Assembly: GCA_026770705.1 (NCBI GenBank)
Contig: JANJGN010000015.1
Span: 2,418,001-2,482,000 of the forward strand
DNA length: 64,000 nt
Origin: Isurus oxyrinchus
Lineage: Eukaryota
Reading direction: 5' to 3'
The position numbers and the translations under genes are program-made. Below, piece by piece: positions 13,541 through 24,694 of the stretch (position 1 is the first letter of the stretch; each line of letters opens with the position of its first letter). The notes below the pieces were generated by a model, which made no database searches, was not told where the DNA came from, and saw nothing but the letters and a program-made list of their open reading frames with translations.

Positions 13541-14015
13541 GAGCATGTAAAGTAACACGAGAGCAACTAATGGAAAACAGTTGGAGAAACAGGTCAAGTC
13601 AAAATCCAACACACATGATCCAGAGCAGAGTAATGGTAAAGTGGTGAAATCTAGAAGTAGCGGTTGTAAAACAGAGTAAGAGGAAAGAGAGAGCAAAACA
13701 GGTCAAGTCGAAATCTAAAAGTTGAGAACATAGTAAAAGTACAGAGTGAGGAGAAAGGGCCAAATCAAAATCTAGAAGCCAAGATAGAGAATAGAGTAAA
13801 CGCAAAGATAGAGGGAAAAGAGGCAAATCTAGAAGTAGAGATAGGGTAAATGAAAAAAAATGAAGAAATAGAACAACATGCGAACTCAAGAAGCAGAGGC
13901 CGGGAACAGGAACACAAAGAAAACTGGGTTAAATCCAGTAGCAATGATGTGGAGCAGGGCAAGAGTAATGATCAGGAAAAAGGAGAAAAATCCAAAAGCA
14001 AGGAAAAGGATAGAG
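13541..14015 (+). pseudogene. RS/K-rich segment inside the LTR element, resembling the PPIG (cyclophilin G) RS domain
   Basis: Translates KQLEKQVKSKSNTHD, KSKSRSQDRE, KSRSRDR, SRSRGREQEHKE and KSKSKEKDR. Sits exactly between the integrase IDCVGP motif and the RNase H motif. Confidence 0.45.
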
Positions 14016-15120
14016 AAGCCGGTGAGGTACTTTTCCAAAAAACTAAATCAATATCAGAGGGAGTACTCAACAGTAGAGAAAGAAACTCCAGCATTGTTGT
14101 TGTCTCTTCAGTACTTTGAAGTTTAGGTTCGACATGATAACAAAGAAAACCTCATCTACACTGATCACATTTCGCTGGCATTTAGTGAGAAGTTTAAAAC
14201 CTGAAGTACGAGACTGTTTAAATGGAGTCTATTGTTTCAACCATTCAATGTAATGATTGTCGGTAAAGATAATGTAATCGCGGATGCATTGTCCTGGTGT
14301 AAATTAATGAAATAAGTATAGTGGGGAAGGATGGATGAATGAATGTAAGTCTCATGCTTTGTTGTCCATGTGTCACATATCTTGTGATGAAGTACATTTC
14401 TGAAATGGCATTTCATCTCTTTTAAGGGTGGAGGCATGTAAAGAGCCTATTTTTTTTTTATTTTTCTTAGACTGTGGCTTTAAAATTAGACTGTGGCTTT
14501 AAAAAACTACCATGGCTGCAGTTGAAAGACGTGTTCACTGGAACAGGATGAGGAATACCTACAATGTTGCTATCCTAGAACAGGGGTTGCCATTGGAGAA
14601 CAGGATGGTGCTGAAAAGGAGTTCTGGACTAGGGGGAACTGCCTAATGACAGCATTTTAATTGGCTCCTGACCAGGTGATCAGGGTTTTGTGTGGTGACA
14701 GTACTGGCAGGACAGCCCCTAGCCTGCAAAGAGGGAAGACCTGAAACCTCTCTCTCCTGTGCTTGTAAGATTCCAGCAATTCTGCCATAATAGTTAGCTG
14801 GCTATCCCTCACATCTCTGTAACCTGTTTTCTCTGAAAACACCTGTCAAGAGGAAAAGGGGAAAAATGACCAGTAGAGACATTGAAAAGCAAGTTTTTCA
14901 ACCAGTGAACCACAGATTGAAAGTGTTGGTAAATCACCTCATGTCATCAACAAAAAACTGCAAGGAATTTGGAAGACATCAATCAAAATCAACCCAACTA
15001 ATCCTGTACTCCAGATTGGTGCTATTGAACTGTTTTATCTCATCCTAAAATCTATGTTTTGAGTGTCTTATGTGTGTGTTTGTGTATAGGTGTTTAAGAA
15101 GGGGTAGAGTTTAAGCTATT

Positions 15121-15410
15121 GGGCAGGATTTGCCCCCCGTTGGGGGCAAATTTGAATGGCGGGCGTGCACAGGCACACTTCTGATCGGCGCTCCGAATCC
15201 GGGTCGCAGTGTCATTTTACATGGGTGGGCCAATTAAAGCCCGCCCAGCACGACATCTGCACAGAAGCTCTATGCGCTCTCTGTGCGGGTGGGGGTGGGA
15301 GGGGGGAGAATCCCAAAATGTCAGGGGTTCCGCCCAACATCACCGTGCGTCACTTTATGTGTCGGCGAGTGGGCCCCGCCCCCCCGCTCGCCAATGGGAA
15401 AATCCTGTCC
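15121..15410. mobile_element. Harbinger-type MITE (internally deleted) inserted in an LTR
   Basis: TIRs gggcaggattt / aaatcctgtcc with a 3-bp TSD ATT. Confidence 0.8.
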
Positions 15411-15544
15411 ATTGAGCCAGAAGTTAGCAGTTCATGTTTCTTTCTTTTGCCACTGGTTAAAGACAACTTGTTTATTTACTTATTGAGTTTACAAACCTCA
15501 TGCTCGCATTCTGTTAACCTATATTAAAAAGTTAGGTAGAATTT

Positions 15545-15903
15545 TTTTTTATTAATTCGTGGGATGTGTCCATCACTGGCTAGGCCAGCATTTATTGCCC
15601 ATCCCAAATTACCCTTGTTCAGAAGGCATTTGTTTTAAAGAGCTGTGGGTCTGGAGTCACATGTAGGCCAGACCAGGTAAGGACAGCAGATTTCCTTCCC
15701 TGAAGGACATTAGTGAGTCAGATGGGTTTTTACAACAATCGACAATGGTTTTGTGGTCATCATCAGACTTTTAATTCCAGATTTTTATTGGATTCAAATT
15801 TCACCGTCTGCCATAACAAGATTTGAATCCGGGTCCCCAGAGAATTACCATAGGTTTCTGGAACACTAGTCCAGTGATAAAACTACTATGCCACCAGCTC
15901 CCC
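15545..15903 (-). mobile_element. tRNA-derived SINE (LINE-A tail family)
   Basis: Near-full-length match to 5862-6330. Confidence 0.8.
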
Positions 15904-15989
15904 CTAACTGGGGCAATCTGCTGGTTTGGCTAAACTTTCCACATTGTCACAAGCTCAGAGAACAGTGGGGCTTAATGTTACAATGCACT

Positions 15990-16745
15990 ATCTCCAGTGA
16001 CAGTGGGCATGAGAGCAAGATGGTGCTTTGAAATGGCAAGTGGCAGGAAAGTCTGGGTCGTGCTTGCGGACTGAGTGAAGGGTGTTCCGCAAAGTGGTCA
16101 CCCAGTCTGCGTTTAGTCTCCCCAGTGTAGAGGAGACCACATTGGGATCAGTGAATACAGTAGACAAAATTGAAGGAGGTGCAAGTGAAGTGCTGCTTCT
16201 CCTGAAATGAGTGATTAGGTTCGGGGATAGTGAGGAGGGAGGAGGTAAAGGAACAGTTATTGCACCTTCTGCGTTTGCATGGGAAGGTGCCGTAGGAAGG
16301 GAATGAGGAGTTGGGGGTGATGGAGGAGTGGACCAGGGTGTCACAGAGGGTACGGTCCCCTATAGACAGCTGATGGGGGGGGTGAGGGGAAGATGTGTTT
16401 GGTGGTGGCATCATGCTGGAGTTGGCGGAAATGGCAGAGGATGATACTTTGAATGCAGAGGCTGGTGGGTTAAAAGTGAAGAGAAGAGGCCCCTATCTTC
16501 GTTCTGGGAGGGAGGGGAAGATATGAGGGCAGAGGCGTGGGAGATGGGCCAGACACGGTTGAGGACCCTGTCAACCACAGTGGGTGGGAACCCCCAGTTA
16601 AGAAAAAAGGAAAACATGTCAGACATGCTGTTTTAGAAGGTGGCATCATCTCAACAGATACGATGGAGGTGGAGGAACTGGGACAATGGAATGGTGTCCT
16701 TACAGGAGGCAGGGTGTAAGGAGCTGTAGTCAAGGTAGCTGTGGA
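15990..16745 (-). mobile_element. Penelope-like element, RT C-terminus and GIY-YIG endonuclease
   Basis: Minus strand reads HPASCKDTIPLSQFL, FLNWGFPPTVVDR, GTFPCKRRRCNNC, FTCTSFNFVYCI and LYTGETKRRLGDHFAEH. Confidence 0.85.
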
Positions 16746-16987
16746 TTCTAAAGATGAGGGATGGAACTTCAGTTGAATCCAAGTGGGGTAAGTCAGAGAC
16801 GGAGACAGTCACTGAGGGAGGACATATGGCTGTGAAAGTGAATTTTGGTAAACATCTTGTCAAACACCAGGAGGAAAATGGAAAGCAATGAGAGTGAACA
16901 GGGTGAAAGAGGCAAATGGAAATGCTATTGAATAGAAGAGCAGCACTTTGTCAAGGTTGGCGTTCCTGGCAGTGAATTAAACACTAA

Positions 16988-17770
16988 GATAAAAGCAAAA
17001 TGCTGCAGGTGCTGGAAATCTGAAACGGAAACAAAAAATACTGGAAAAACTCAGGAGGTCTGGCAACCATTGTGGAGAAAGAAACAGAGTTAACATTTCA
17101 AGTCCGTATGACTCTTTGTTAGAGCTAAGGAGTAGTAGAAATGTGATGGAATTTATACTGTTTAAGAAGGGGTGGAGCAGGATCAAAGGTTAGGGATAGG
17201 TGGGAGCTAAGGAAATATTCACAAAGACGTCATGGACTCAAGACAAAGGGAATGCTAATGGTAGTGGCAGAGACTTAAAAAGGTGCTGATAGTGGCTCTT
17301 TCTTGGACTCGAAATCAAGTTCTGTCGAAGGGTCATGAGGACTCGAAACGTCAACTCTTTTCTTCTCCGCCGATGCTGCCAGACCTGCTGAGTTTTTCCA
17401 GGTAATTCTGTTTTTGTTTCAGCCATTATCACATTCTGCTTTCTACTTTTAAATGTCACCATTAGCACCTCCTTTAGCCAGTAACACAATTAATACCCCT
17501 TTGGCCTTTTGTTTATGACATCTTTTGCAATCTCTCCTTTGCCTCCACCTTTCGCTGGTCTTCTATCCAGCTTCACCTGTTTCACTTCCTTAAATAGTAT
17601 ATATTTCATCAAGTTTCTACTTCCCTTTAGCTCTGAAGAAGAGTCATACAGACTCAAAATGTTAACTCTGTATTTATCTCCACAGATGCTGTCAGACCTG
17701 CTGAGTTTTTCCAGCACTTTTTTGTTTTTGTTTCAGATTTCCAGCATCCGCAGTATTTTGCCTTTATCTT
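16988..17770. mobile_element. Penelope pseudo-LTR arms in inverted orientation with a younger pLTR fragment in the middle
   Basis: 16988-17296 is the reverse complement of 17421-17770. 17318-17420 is essentially identical to 47200-47298. Confidence 0.75.
17318..17356 (+). ncRNA. Minimal type-I hammerhead-ribozyme-like motif (Penelope pLTR), variant core CUGUCGA
   Basis: AGTT-CTGTCGA-A-GGGTC(atgag)GACTC-GAAA-C-GTC-AACT gives stem I AGUU/AACU, stem II, GAAA, a self-complementary helix III and a GUC triplet. Confidence 0.55.
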
Positions 17771-18105
17771 GGCTGAAGACTGAAATCTGTGATGCTCCGG
17801 AGGAGGCTGAGATTGATCACCCACTCGGCACTTGTGGCTGAAGATTGTAGCAAATGCTTCAGCCTTATCTTTTACACTGATGTGCTGGGCTCCCCCATCA
17901 TTGAGGATGGGGATATTTGTGGACCCTCCTCCTCCAGTGAGTTGTTTAATTGTCCATCATCATTCACAACTGGATGTGGCAGGACTGCAGAGCTTAGATC
18001 TGATCCATTGGTTGTGGATTCGCCTAGCTCTGTCTATCACTTGCTCCTTATGCTGTTTGGCACGCAAGTAGTCCTGTGTTGTAGCTTCACTAGGTTCACA
18101 CCTCA
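17770..18105 (-). mobile_element. LINE-A internal ORF2 fragment
   Basis: ATTQDYLRAKQHKEQVIDRARRIHNQWIRSKLCSPATSS. Overlaps the sequence at 308-500. Confidence 0.8.
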
Positions 18106-19306
18106 CCTTAGGTATGCCATTTGGAATGGGATATGTATTTGAAAAGGAAAAATAGAGTGGCACCCTAGGGAAGGAGGCAATCGGGTTGGCAGAAAAAGCA
18201 CTAAGAAATAATTATCTGAAAACTTTCCTTTACCACTTCTTAGCTCAGGAAGAGATTTATAAACGCTGATGCTGAGCTGAGTTTAGGACGAAGTACTCCA
18301 AACACTGAGCCCACAGCCCTTTGTGTGATCATTTGGTTTGGGTCAGGTCCACCAGACAATGTTGACTTGTGAAATCCAAGTACAGATCAGCTGTAAGGCT
18401 CCCTGCTCAGAGACTTCACATTCACAAGGAACCTGTGATCAAACAAGAGTCCAAGGAGATAGGGGAAGGAGAGCAGGCCTCACTTGGGGAGCCTGACCGT
18501 GCCTTGCACAGTACAAGGTGACTTAGCCTACAGTTATTGGATTATTGTTAGTTATGAGAGGAATCCGAGTGTTACCACTTGCCTTTACTTATCAATGAAA
18601 TTGCACTGAGTTGGTGATAGAATCAAAGGTCCTCCCATCTCCAGTTTCCTCTCTGTGAATCACTTCCCCAACCAATTATCTACCTCATTTTCCCCTTTTC
18701 CCTGCCCCCGTTTCTCCTCTCCCCACTTTTCTGCCCTTGGCTTCCAATTTTGAAAATTCCTTGCCCTCTGCGTCCCTTCTTCCTCACTCCTGTGTCTGTT
18801 TCCTCTTTTTCCACACTTCCTGCACATTGACTGCCCCATTTGCCGGGCTTGGCTTTGCGTCTTCTCCTGCCCTTGACTACGTCATTTTCCCCTGGCTTTA
18901 TTTTCCCCACTTCCCCTGCTCATAGGTGGTCTCCGGGTTTTTGACCTTGTTGCACAACAGCCACTAACACAAAACTACGTGCAAAGCTATTCTCCTACAG
19001 TGGACCCAACCTTTATAAAGAAAGGCGCAATAACATTTGTAGCAGTCCTGTGGCCAAAGCTCCAGGGGTACCTCTGACCAGAGTTGGCAATCCTAAATTG
19101 CAATCCCAGAGTGCAATGTTCAAGAAGCTATCAGGAAACTGAAGCTGATGTGTTAATAATCCAAAGATAAGTAACAGGAATGCGACAAAGGTTATGTTTC
19201 GATTGCACCCTTGGTTGAGATCATAAAGATTGGCAGCAATATAGCTGAATGTGCAGCCTCATATAACTGAGTCAGAGAGCTCTGCTTTCCTTATTGTTTT
19301 ATATGT

Positions 19307-21215
19307 TGTTAGGAAATAGAGATAGTTTAGCTAATTTAAATTGGTATTTTTGGATTTTAGGAATGCATTTTAGCTTTAAAGTTTAAGAAAAGGTCAAATT
19401 GAGTTTTAGTTTCACTGTAAAAGGTGTCAGCATTTCTAATGAGAATTTTATGACTGTTGCAGCTAAGTTAAACAAGTAAGAGTAGAGAAACTGGGCTGTT
19501 GCCTAGCAACAGGAGTCCAGACAGACAGGTTCCACCCACAGACACACAAAAAAAACTAGAAACAGCAGAATGATTTGGAAGCTGTTTGAGCTAAAGTTGG
19601 TTGAAGCTGTCAGAGAGACACTGGACAAAAAGGGACAAATAGCCAGTCCCAAGCTAAAGAAGAAAGTCCCCAGGGGAGTGGAACAGGAGAAAGTCCCAAG
19701 CAGACCTCCTAGTCAAAGAAAGGTCTTGTTACGTGAAGTTAAGAGTGGGGGGCACAGAGAAAGTCCCCAAGCTTCAGATTTAAAAAGACAAAAGCTGCAG
19801 AAAGCAGATTTAAAGTAAGAACAGCTTGCAAGAGGCCAGAAGGTCCAAAGAGACAAGTGAAGGCCTGTAAATCTTTGCTATGGATATGTGAAGCAGTGGT
19901 GTACTGTTGACAGCTGAGTCAGTGAGAGAGAATGCGTGGAAGAAAACTTGAATTCATGTGGTGACCCAGGGAAGAGGAACACCAGAAAGAGGGTTCGAAA
20001 CCCAGGGGCAGGATTTCCCGGTCGGCGTGCAGGAGGCGGGACCCGCACGCCAACGCGGGATGATATTGGACGGAACTCCTTTTCAGTTTTCAGGTTGGCT
20101 GGGGCACATTTGCTCCCGCTGACCTTTCAACGGCCAATTGAGGCCATTTAAAAAGTAATTGCAGTTGGTAAAGGACCTGCCCGTCCAACCTTAAGGTTGG
20201 TGGGCAGGCCGGGAGCCCTGGTGGGCTTCAGAGAAAGTATGAAACCTCATCTACTGGCGGGATAAGGTTTCATGTAGGTTTTTAAAAGTTTAATAAAAGT
20301 TTATCTAAAAGTGATGGACATGTCCCAACTCATGTGACAGTGTCACATGAGGGGACATGTCAGGGAAATTTTATTTTTATATTTTTAACATTTTTGAATT
20401 TGGTGCTGATCTCCCTGAGGCAGCACTTAGCCTCAGCGAGCTGAGTGCGTGAAAGAGCACATCCCCGCACCCCCCCCACCCACCGCCCGCACAGGGAGCG
20501 CACAGTGCTTCTGTGTGGATGTCATGCTGGGCAGGCCTTAATTTGCCCACCCATGTAAAATGGCGACACGCCCCAATTGGGGGCGCCGATCGGAGGCGCA
20601 CCTGCCCGTGTCCGCTTCTGAACTTCCCCCCCCCGCAATGGGGGGAAAATTCCGCTCCTGGAGGTGAACCCTTGCAGTGGGCGTCTGAAAGAAAGTGTCG
20701 GCTTGGGAGAAGAGTCTAGAGCGAGTAATTCGAGAGTGGAGATTAGAAACCCTTGTGTGAAAGACCAAGTTCAGTGAGACTGGTTGGCTTATGGTGTGAC
20801 AAGTGTCTGGGGGGAGTTGAGTAGAGATCCATAGCATCTGTCTGGTGTGGCAACTGTCACTTGGTTTCAGAGCTTGGTGTGTCTGACCACAGGGTGCCTA
20901 TTGGTTTACATGGACTGTACTTACTACAAACATTAGAGTATAAGATAGCTTTTGTAACTTGTGTTATCCTTACAAATGTGTACATATTTTTAAAGGTATA
21001 CTTGTGGGTGAAGGAGTATTATAATATTGTTCATCTTTTCTTGTTGAATAAATGTTTTCTGCTTTTGTTAGAAGTTCAATAGCTGACTCCACTGACTCTG
21101 TTCAGTAGCTGCTCTCCATGTAGCTAAACAAACAAATAAAAGTTAGGATCTAACAAGCTGGGTTCCGCACTGGGATCAGGCTTGTCCAATGGTGACCTTA
21201 GCTGGGATCATAACA
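19307..21215 (+). mobile_element. Solo LTR (family B) with MITE insertion
   Basis: TGTTAG...ATAACA ends and a perfect 4-bp TSD ATGT. Homologous to 42668-43959. Confidence 0.85.
20007..20658. mobile_element. Harbinger-type MITE inside the solo LTR
   Basis: TIRs gggcaggattt / aaattccgctc, TSD CAG/CTG. The empty site is visible in the paralogous LTR at ~43400. Confidence 0.85.
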
Positions 21216-21304
21216 ATGTGCTTCTTTATTCTCCTGTTTTCCTTCAATTATAAAAAGATAGATAGGGCTGCCCATAAATGGCTATACAACAGGGAAGGAA
21301 TAAA

Positions 21305-21826
21305 AGGCAAAAACAACAATAAAAATACCTGGAAAAACTCAGCAGGTCTGACAGCATCTGCAGAGAGGAACACAGTTAACGTTTCGAGTCCTTATGACTC
21401 TTCAACAGAACTAAGGAAAAATAGAAGAGAGGTGAAATATAAGGTGGTTTAAGGGGGGTGAGGGGGGGCTGGGTGGGGGGTGGGACAGGTAGAGCTGGAT
21501 AGAGGGCCAGTGATTGGTGGAAATTGCCGAAAGATGTCATAGACAAAAGGACAAAGTGGTGTTGAAGGTGGTGATATTATCTGGGGAATGTACTAATTAA
21601 GGGTAGAAAGCAGGACGAGCAAGGTACAGATAGCCCTAGTAGGGGTGGGGTGGGGTGAAGGAATCGGAAAAGGCTAAAAGGTAGAGATAAAACAATGGAT
21701 GGAAATACATTTAAAAATAATGGAAATAGGTGGGAAAAGAAAATCAGACCTGCTGGGTTTTCCAGGTATTTTTATTTTTATTTTTGTTTTGGATTTCCAG
21801 CATCCACAGTTTTTTGCTTTTATCTT
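21305..21826. mobile_element. Penelope pLTR fragment with inverted terminal piece
   Basis: pLTR sequence plus inverted cagacctgctgggttttcc...tttatctt. Flanking direct repeat aggaataaaa. Minus-strand hammerhead-like core CUGUUGA near 21375-21413. Confidence 0.7.
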
Positions 21827-21984
21827 AGGAATAAAAAGCTTTCCTTGGCTTGAAACTGCTGACATACTGAATGTTTTCTTAACAGCACAGCTGAAAAATA
21901 TTTTTTCTAATTATTCTCATCAAAGGAGATCTTTTAGGGCAGAATCATCCCAGACTTACACAAGGCGAAGTAGTGCGAAGGAAA

Positions 21985-23445
21985 GAGGACGATTTTCCCA
22001 CAGGCTGTAACGGCGGCTTTTCGAGCCGTATCGTCCCCTTCCCAGCCTTATTCCCGGGAAACACGCTGGATCGCCAGCAGCTGGATTCTTCTGCCCCACT
22101 GTCAACTTAGGCCTTCAGTAATCTGGGCGCCATGTTTATAGGGCGCCCCTGTACAAAGCTAGCTCCCTCTAAGACATCAGGAGCTGCAGGAAAGTCATGG
22201 CTGCTAAAGAGAGGAAACATGCTACCCCCAAATTTAGCAACACCTCCCTCGAGCTCCAACTGGAAGCTGCGCAGCCCCACCATGAAGTCCTCTACCCCCA
22301 CTCTGGTGAAGACCAGCAAGCAAGGTCACCAATCCAGCATGGGAGGCAGTGGCAGTGGTGGTCAGAGCCAATGCCTTGCAAAGGTTGACAGCCACCAAGT
22401 GCCAAAGAGGATGGATGATCTCCTCTGTTCCACCAGGATTCTCATCACGTTCAACTCACACACTCACAAGCCCATCACACATCCACAGGAATCTCACTCA
22501 CTGCCAGTTCAAGGAACATCACCATTCACTCTCCCACACACACCCCCATTTGCACCGCAGATCCTGTCCTCATCTTGCCCATGGCATCATTCAATACCCA
22601 CACATACTAGGCATCTTTCTCATCTGGCCTGCTTACACTCTCTCCATCTGTATTCATTCAGGACAAGCTGGCACATAACAAAAAGGAGGTGGCAGACTGT
22701 TGGAGGAATGCCTGAAATCAAGGCCCTCACAAACTTTGAAAATAGAGTCATCCAGCTGGCCAGTGTTGACCTGGGCAGTTCCTGTGCTGACGGTGAGATC
22801 AGCAGAGCTCAACCAAGTGAGGATCCAGCAGTGAAACACCCATCAGACTGTGAAGTGATGTGTCCTGTTTCACAGGCCACTGCTGTGCACTAATTATCTC
22901 TCTTTGCTTCTGCATGCACATCTGGGAAGCAGCCATGACCCAGGTCCTCTACACAAGGCCTGAAAACACCTCTGAAGAAGAATCTGATGACACCCTAATT
23001 AAAAACCTGTCACAGCGCTCACCCACACCCTCCACCAGAGCAGAGACACACACTTCGGTGGGACCTAGTTGTAGAATAGCCTCGGGGTTACAATCTGGTG
23101 AACACATCGCACTGTCTGATCTGCAGTAGGTGGTGGCAGGAACTCCCCAGGTTTCCGGCACTCGGAGGGCTGCTGGAGACCAGAAATCTGCTGAGTCTGA
23201 GTCAGATGAGGAGCCTCTGGACTCGGTCATACCTCAGTTGTTGGAGCTGCAAAGACAAGCTCGGGAACATCAGGAAGGGATGTCCGCTGCACTCCTCAGA
23301 TTACAAGGCTCGATGGAGGAGTCCATTCACCTTCATTCTGAGGTGATAGCGCCAGCATGCCAATGCACTGAGGTCAACACTGATAGGATGGCGGCCACCA
23401 TGGAGACCTTGACCCAGGACATTGGCCCTGCACTGCTGCAACACT
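21985..23445 (+). mobile_element. PIF/Harbinger element with decayed, intron-containing Myb/SANT-like DNA-binding gene
   Basis: MAAKERKHATPKFSNTSLELQLEA...EVLYP; AVVVRANALQRLTATKCQ; cag|GACAAG exon reading RRWQTVGGMPEIKALTNFENRVIQLA; coiled-coil exon LLELQRQAREHQEGMSAALLRL. Confidence 0.75.
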
Positions 23446-24694
23446 TTGATCTTTTCTGTAGAAGAACGTTTTAAACTTACATCAATGGAACTGGGATACT
23501 TAACCTTTACTGTAATTTAAACTGCCACATTTTCAATAACTTTACAATAAGAGGGTTTTAATTTCTGGTTTTGATTTTGAAATACACAGGATTAAGTTTT
23601 TAAAAAATAAACTGAAAAATAAAATAAAGATTACATTAAATAGCCTTATTCTGCTTTCCAGCCCATTAAATGGAACGTCCTGGTTACTTTTGCTTTATGA
23701 GGTATTAATTGATAATCTGACAGATAGCCGGGTAAACGTACACAGTAAGATGATAAAGGAAATCAGGTGGACAAAGTACAGGTGAATAATTAATTATTAA
23801 AGTATGTTCTGCTCTCATGAATATAACTCTTCCAAATGCATTATATTCTCTACTATTACAAATGTTGTTATTCCTGTTTGTGGAATTGTTTGAGCTATTT
23901 TATTACTATAATAATGTTTATTTCAGATATGCTGCAAACAAAGAAAACTATTTGGCTCAGGGAGGATTTTCCTTTTTGGACATAGACATAACTGATGGTG
24001 AAATGAATTGATCAGCATATTTACAAGTATCTGACCAAATTACACCTTGATCATGTTATCAGGATGGTGCTGTCCATTTGACCCCTTGAGTCCTGTTTGC
24101 TATGAATAATGGGACAACTTTGTGGTGCTATACATACCTATAATTCTGAGTGAATCTCTTACTGACATTTGTTTAAGTCCTACCTTCTGTCCATTTCCAG
24201 TGTTTCGGAATGGTGATATGCGTAGTTTGCAAAGCCTTCATTCCACTCTTTGTAATTCATTGTGTTAAATGTATTTCCTTCCCTTGAAGGGTGGAGCTCT
24301 TACTTTCCTCCTTTTAGGCCAGTGCTAAAATTCAAGGCTCCTGATGGTCCATGCAACCCTAAAAACAAACATCATTTAAGAACACAAAACATTTGACAGT
24401 GTTTCAATCCAAACAATTTTTTTTAAAGAGGAGATTTTCTTGCTCAAGAAAGTTAGCTCAAGTTAAAAACACCGCATTGGCAGAACGCTCCAGTTCATGC
24501 TGAACGAAACACATCTGTTGTAGGCTTCACAATGTGGCAGACAATACTTTTTGATATAATTAGACATTGCAGTTACAGGGACCATTAGTGCTCAGTGCCC
24601 TATCTCACTATGGTGCACTGTATTTTAAAACAATAAATGTTTAAAACTGATATTTTAACATTTAAATTATTTACATACAATGCAAAATAGATAT

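Larger units (their letters stand above)
11109..15980 (+). mobile_element. Gmr1-like Gypsy LTR retrotransposon with PR-IN-(RT deleted)-RH order and two LTRs
   Basis: LTRs at ~11147-11850 and 14437-~15980 are direct repeats, with PPT aagggtggaggca before TGT at 14437. SCAN-like gag (AYRQTFQNLRK, LLEEFKNSLP), CCHC knuckle CFHCNKVGHSRSEC, integrase HHCC (AHEVPMAGHVG...CKTCHTCQ), RNase H end (YFSKKLN, YSTVEKE, GKDNVIADALS). Confidence 0.85.

Noticed and set aside
18680-18925. Polypyrimidine tract with K/R/G-rich antisense ORF
   Set aside because: Low-complexity composition with no supporting structure.
22132-22893. 253-aa ORF
   Set aside because: It runs out of frame across the Harbinger Myb exon and through its intron. 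Only the last part is in the real frame.
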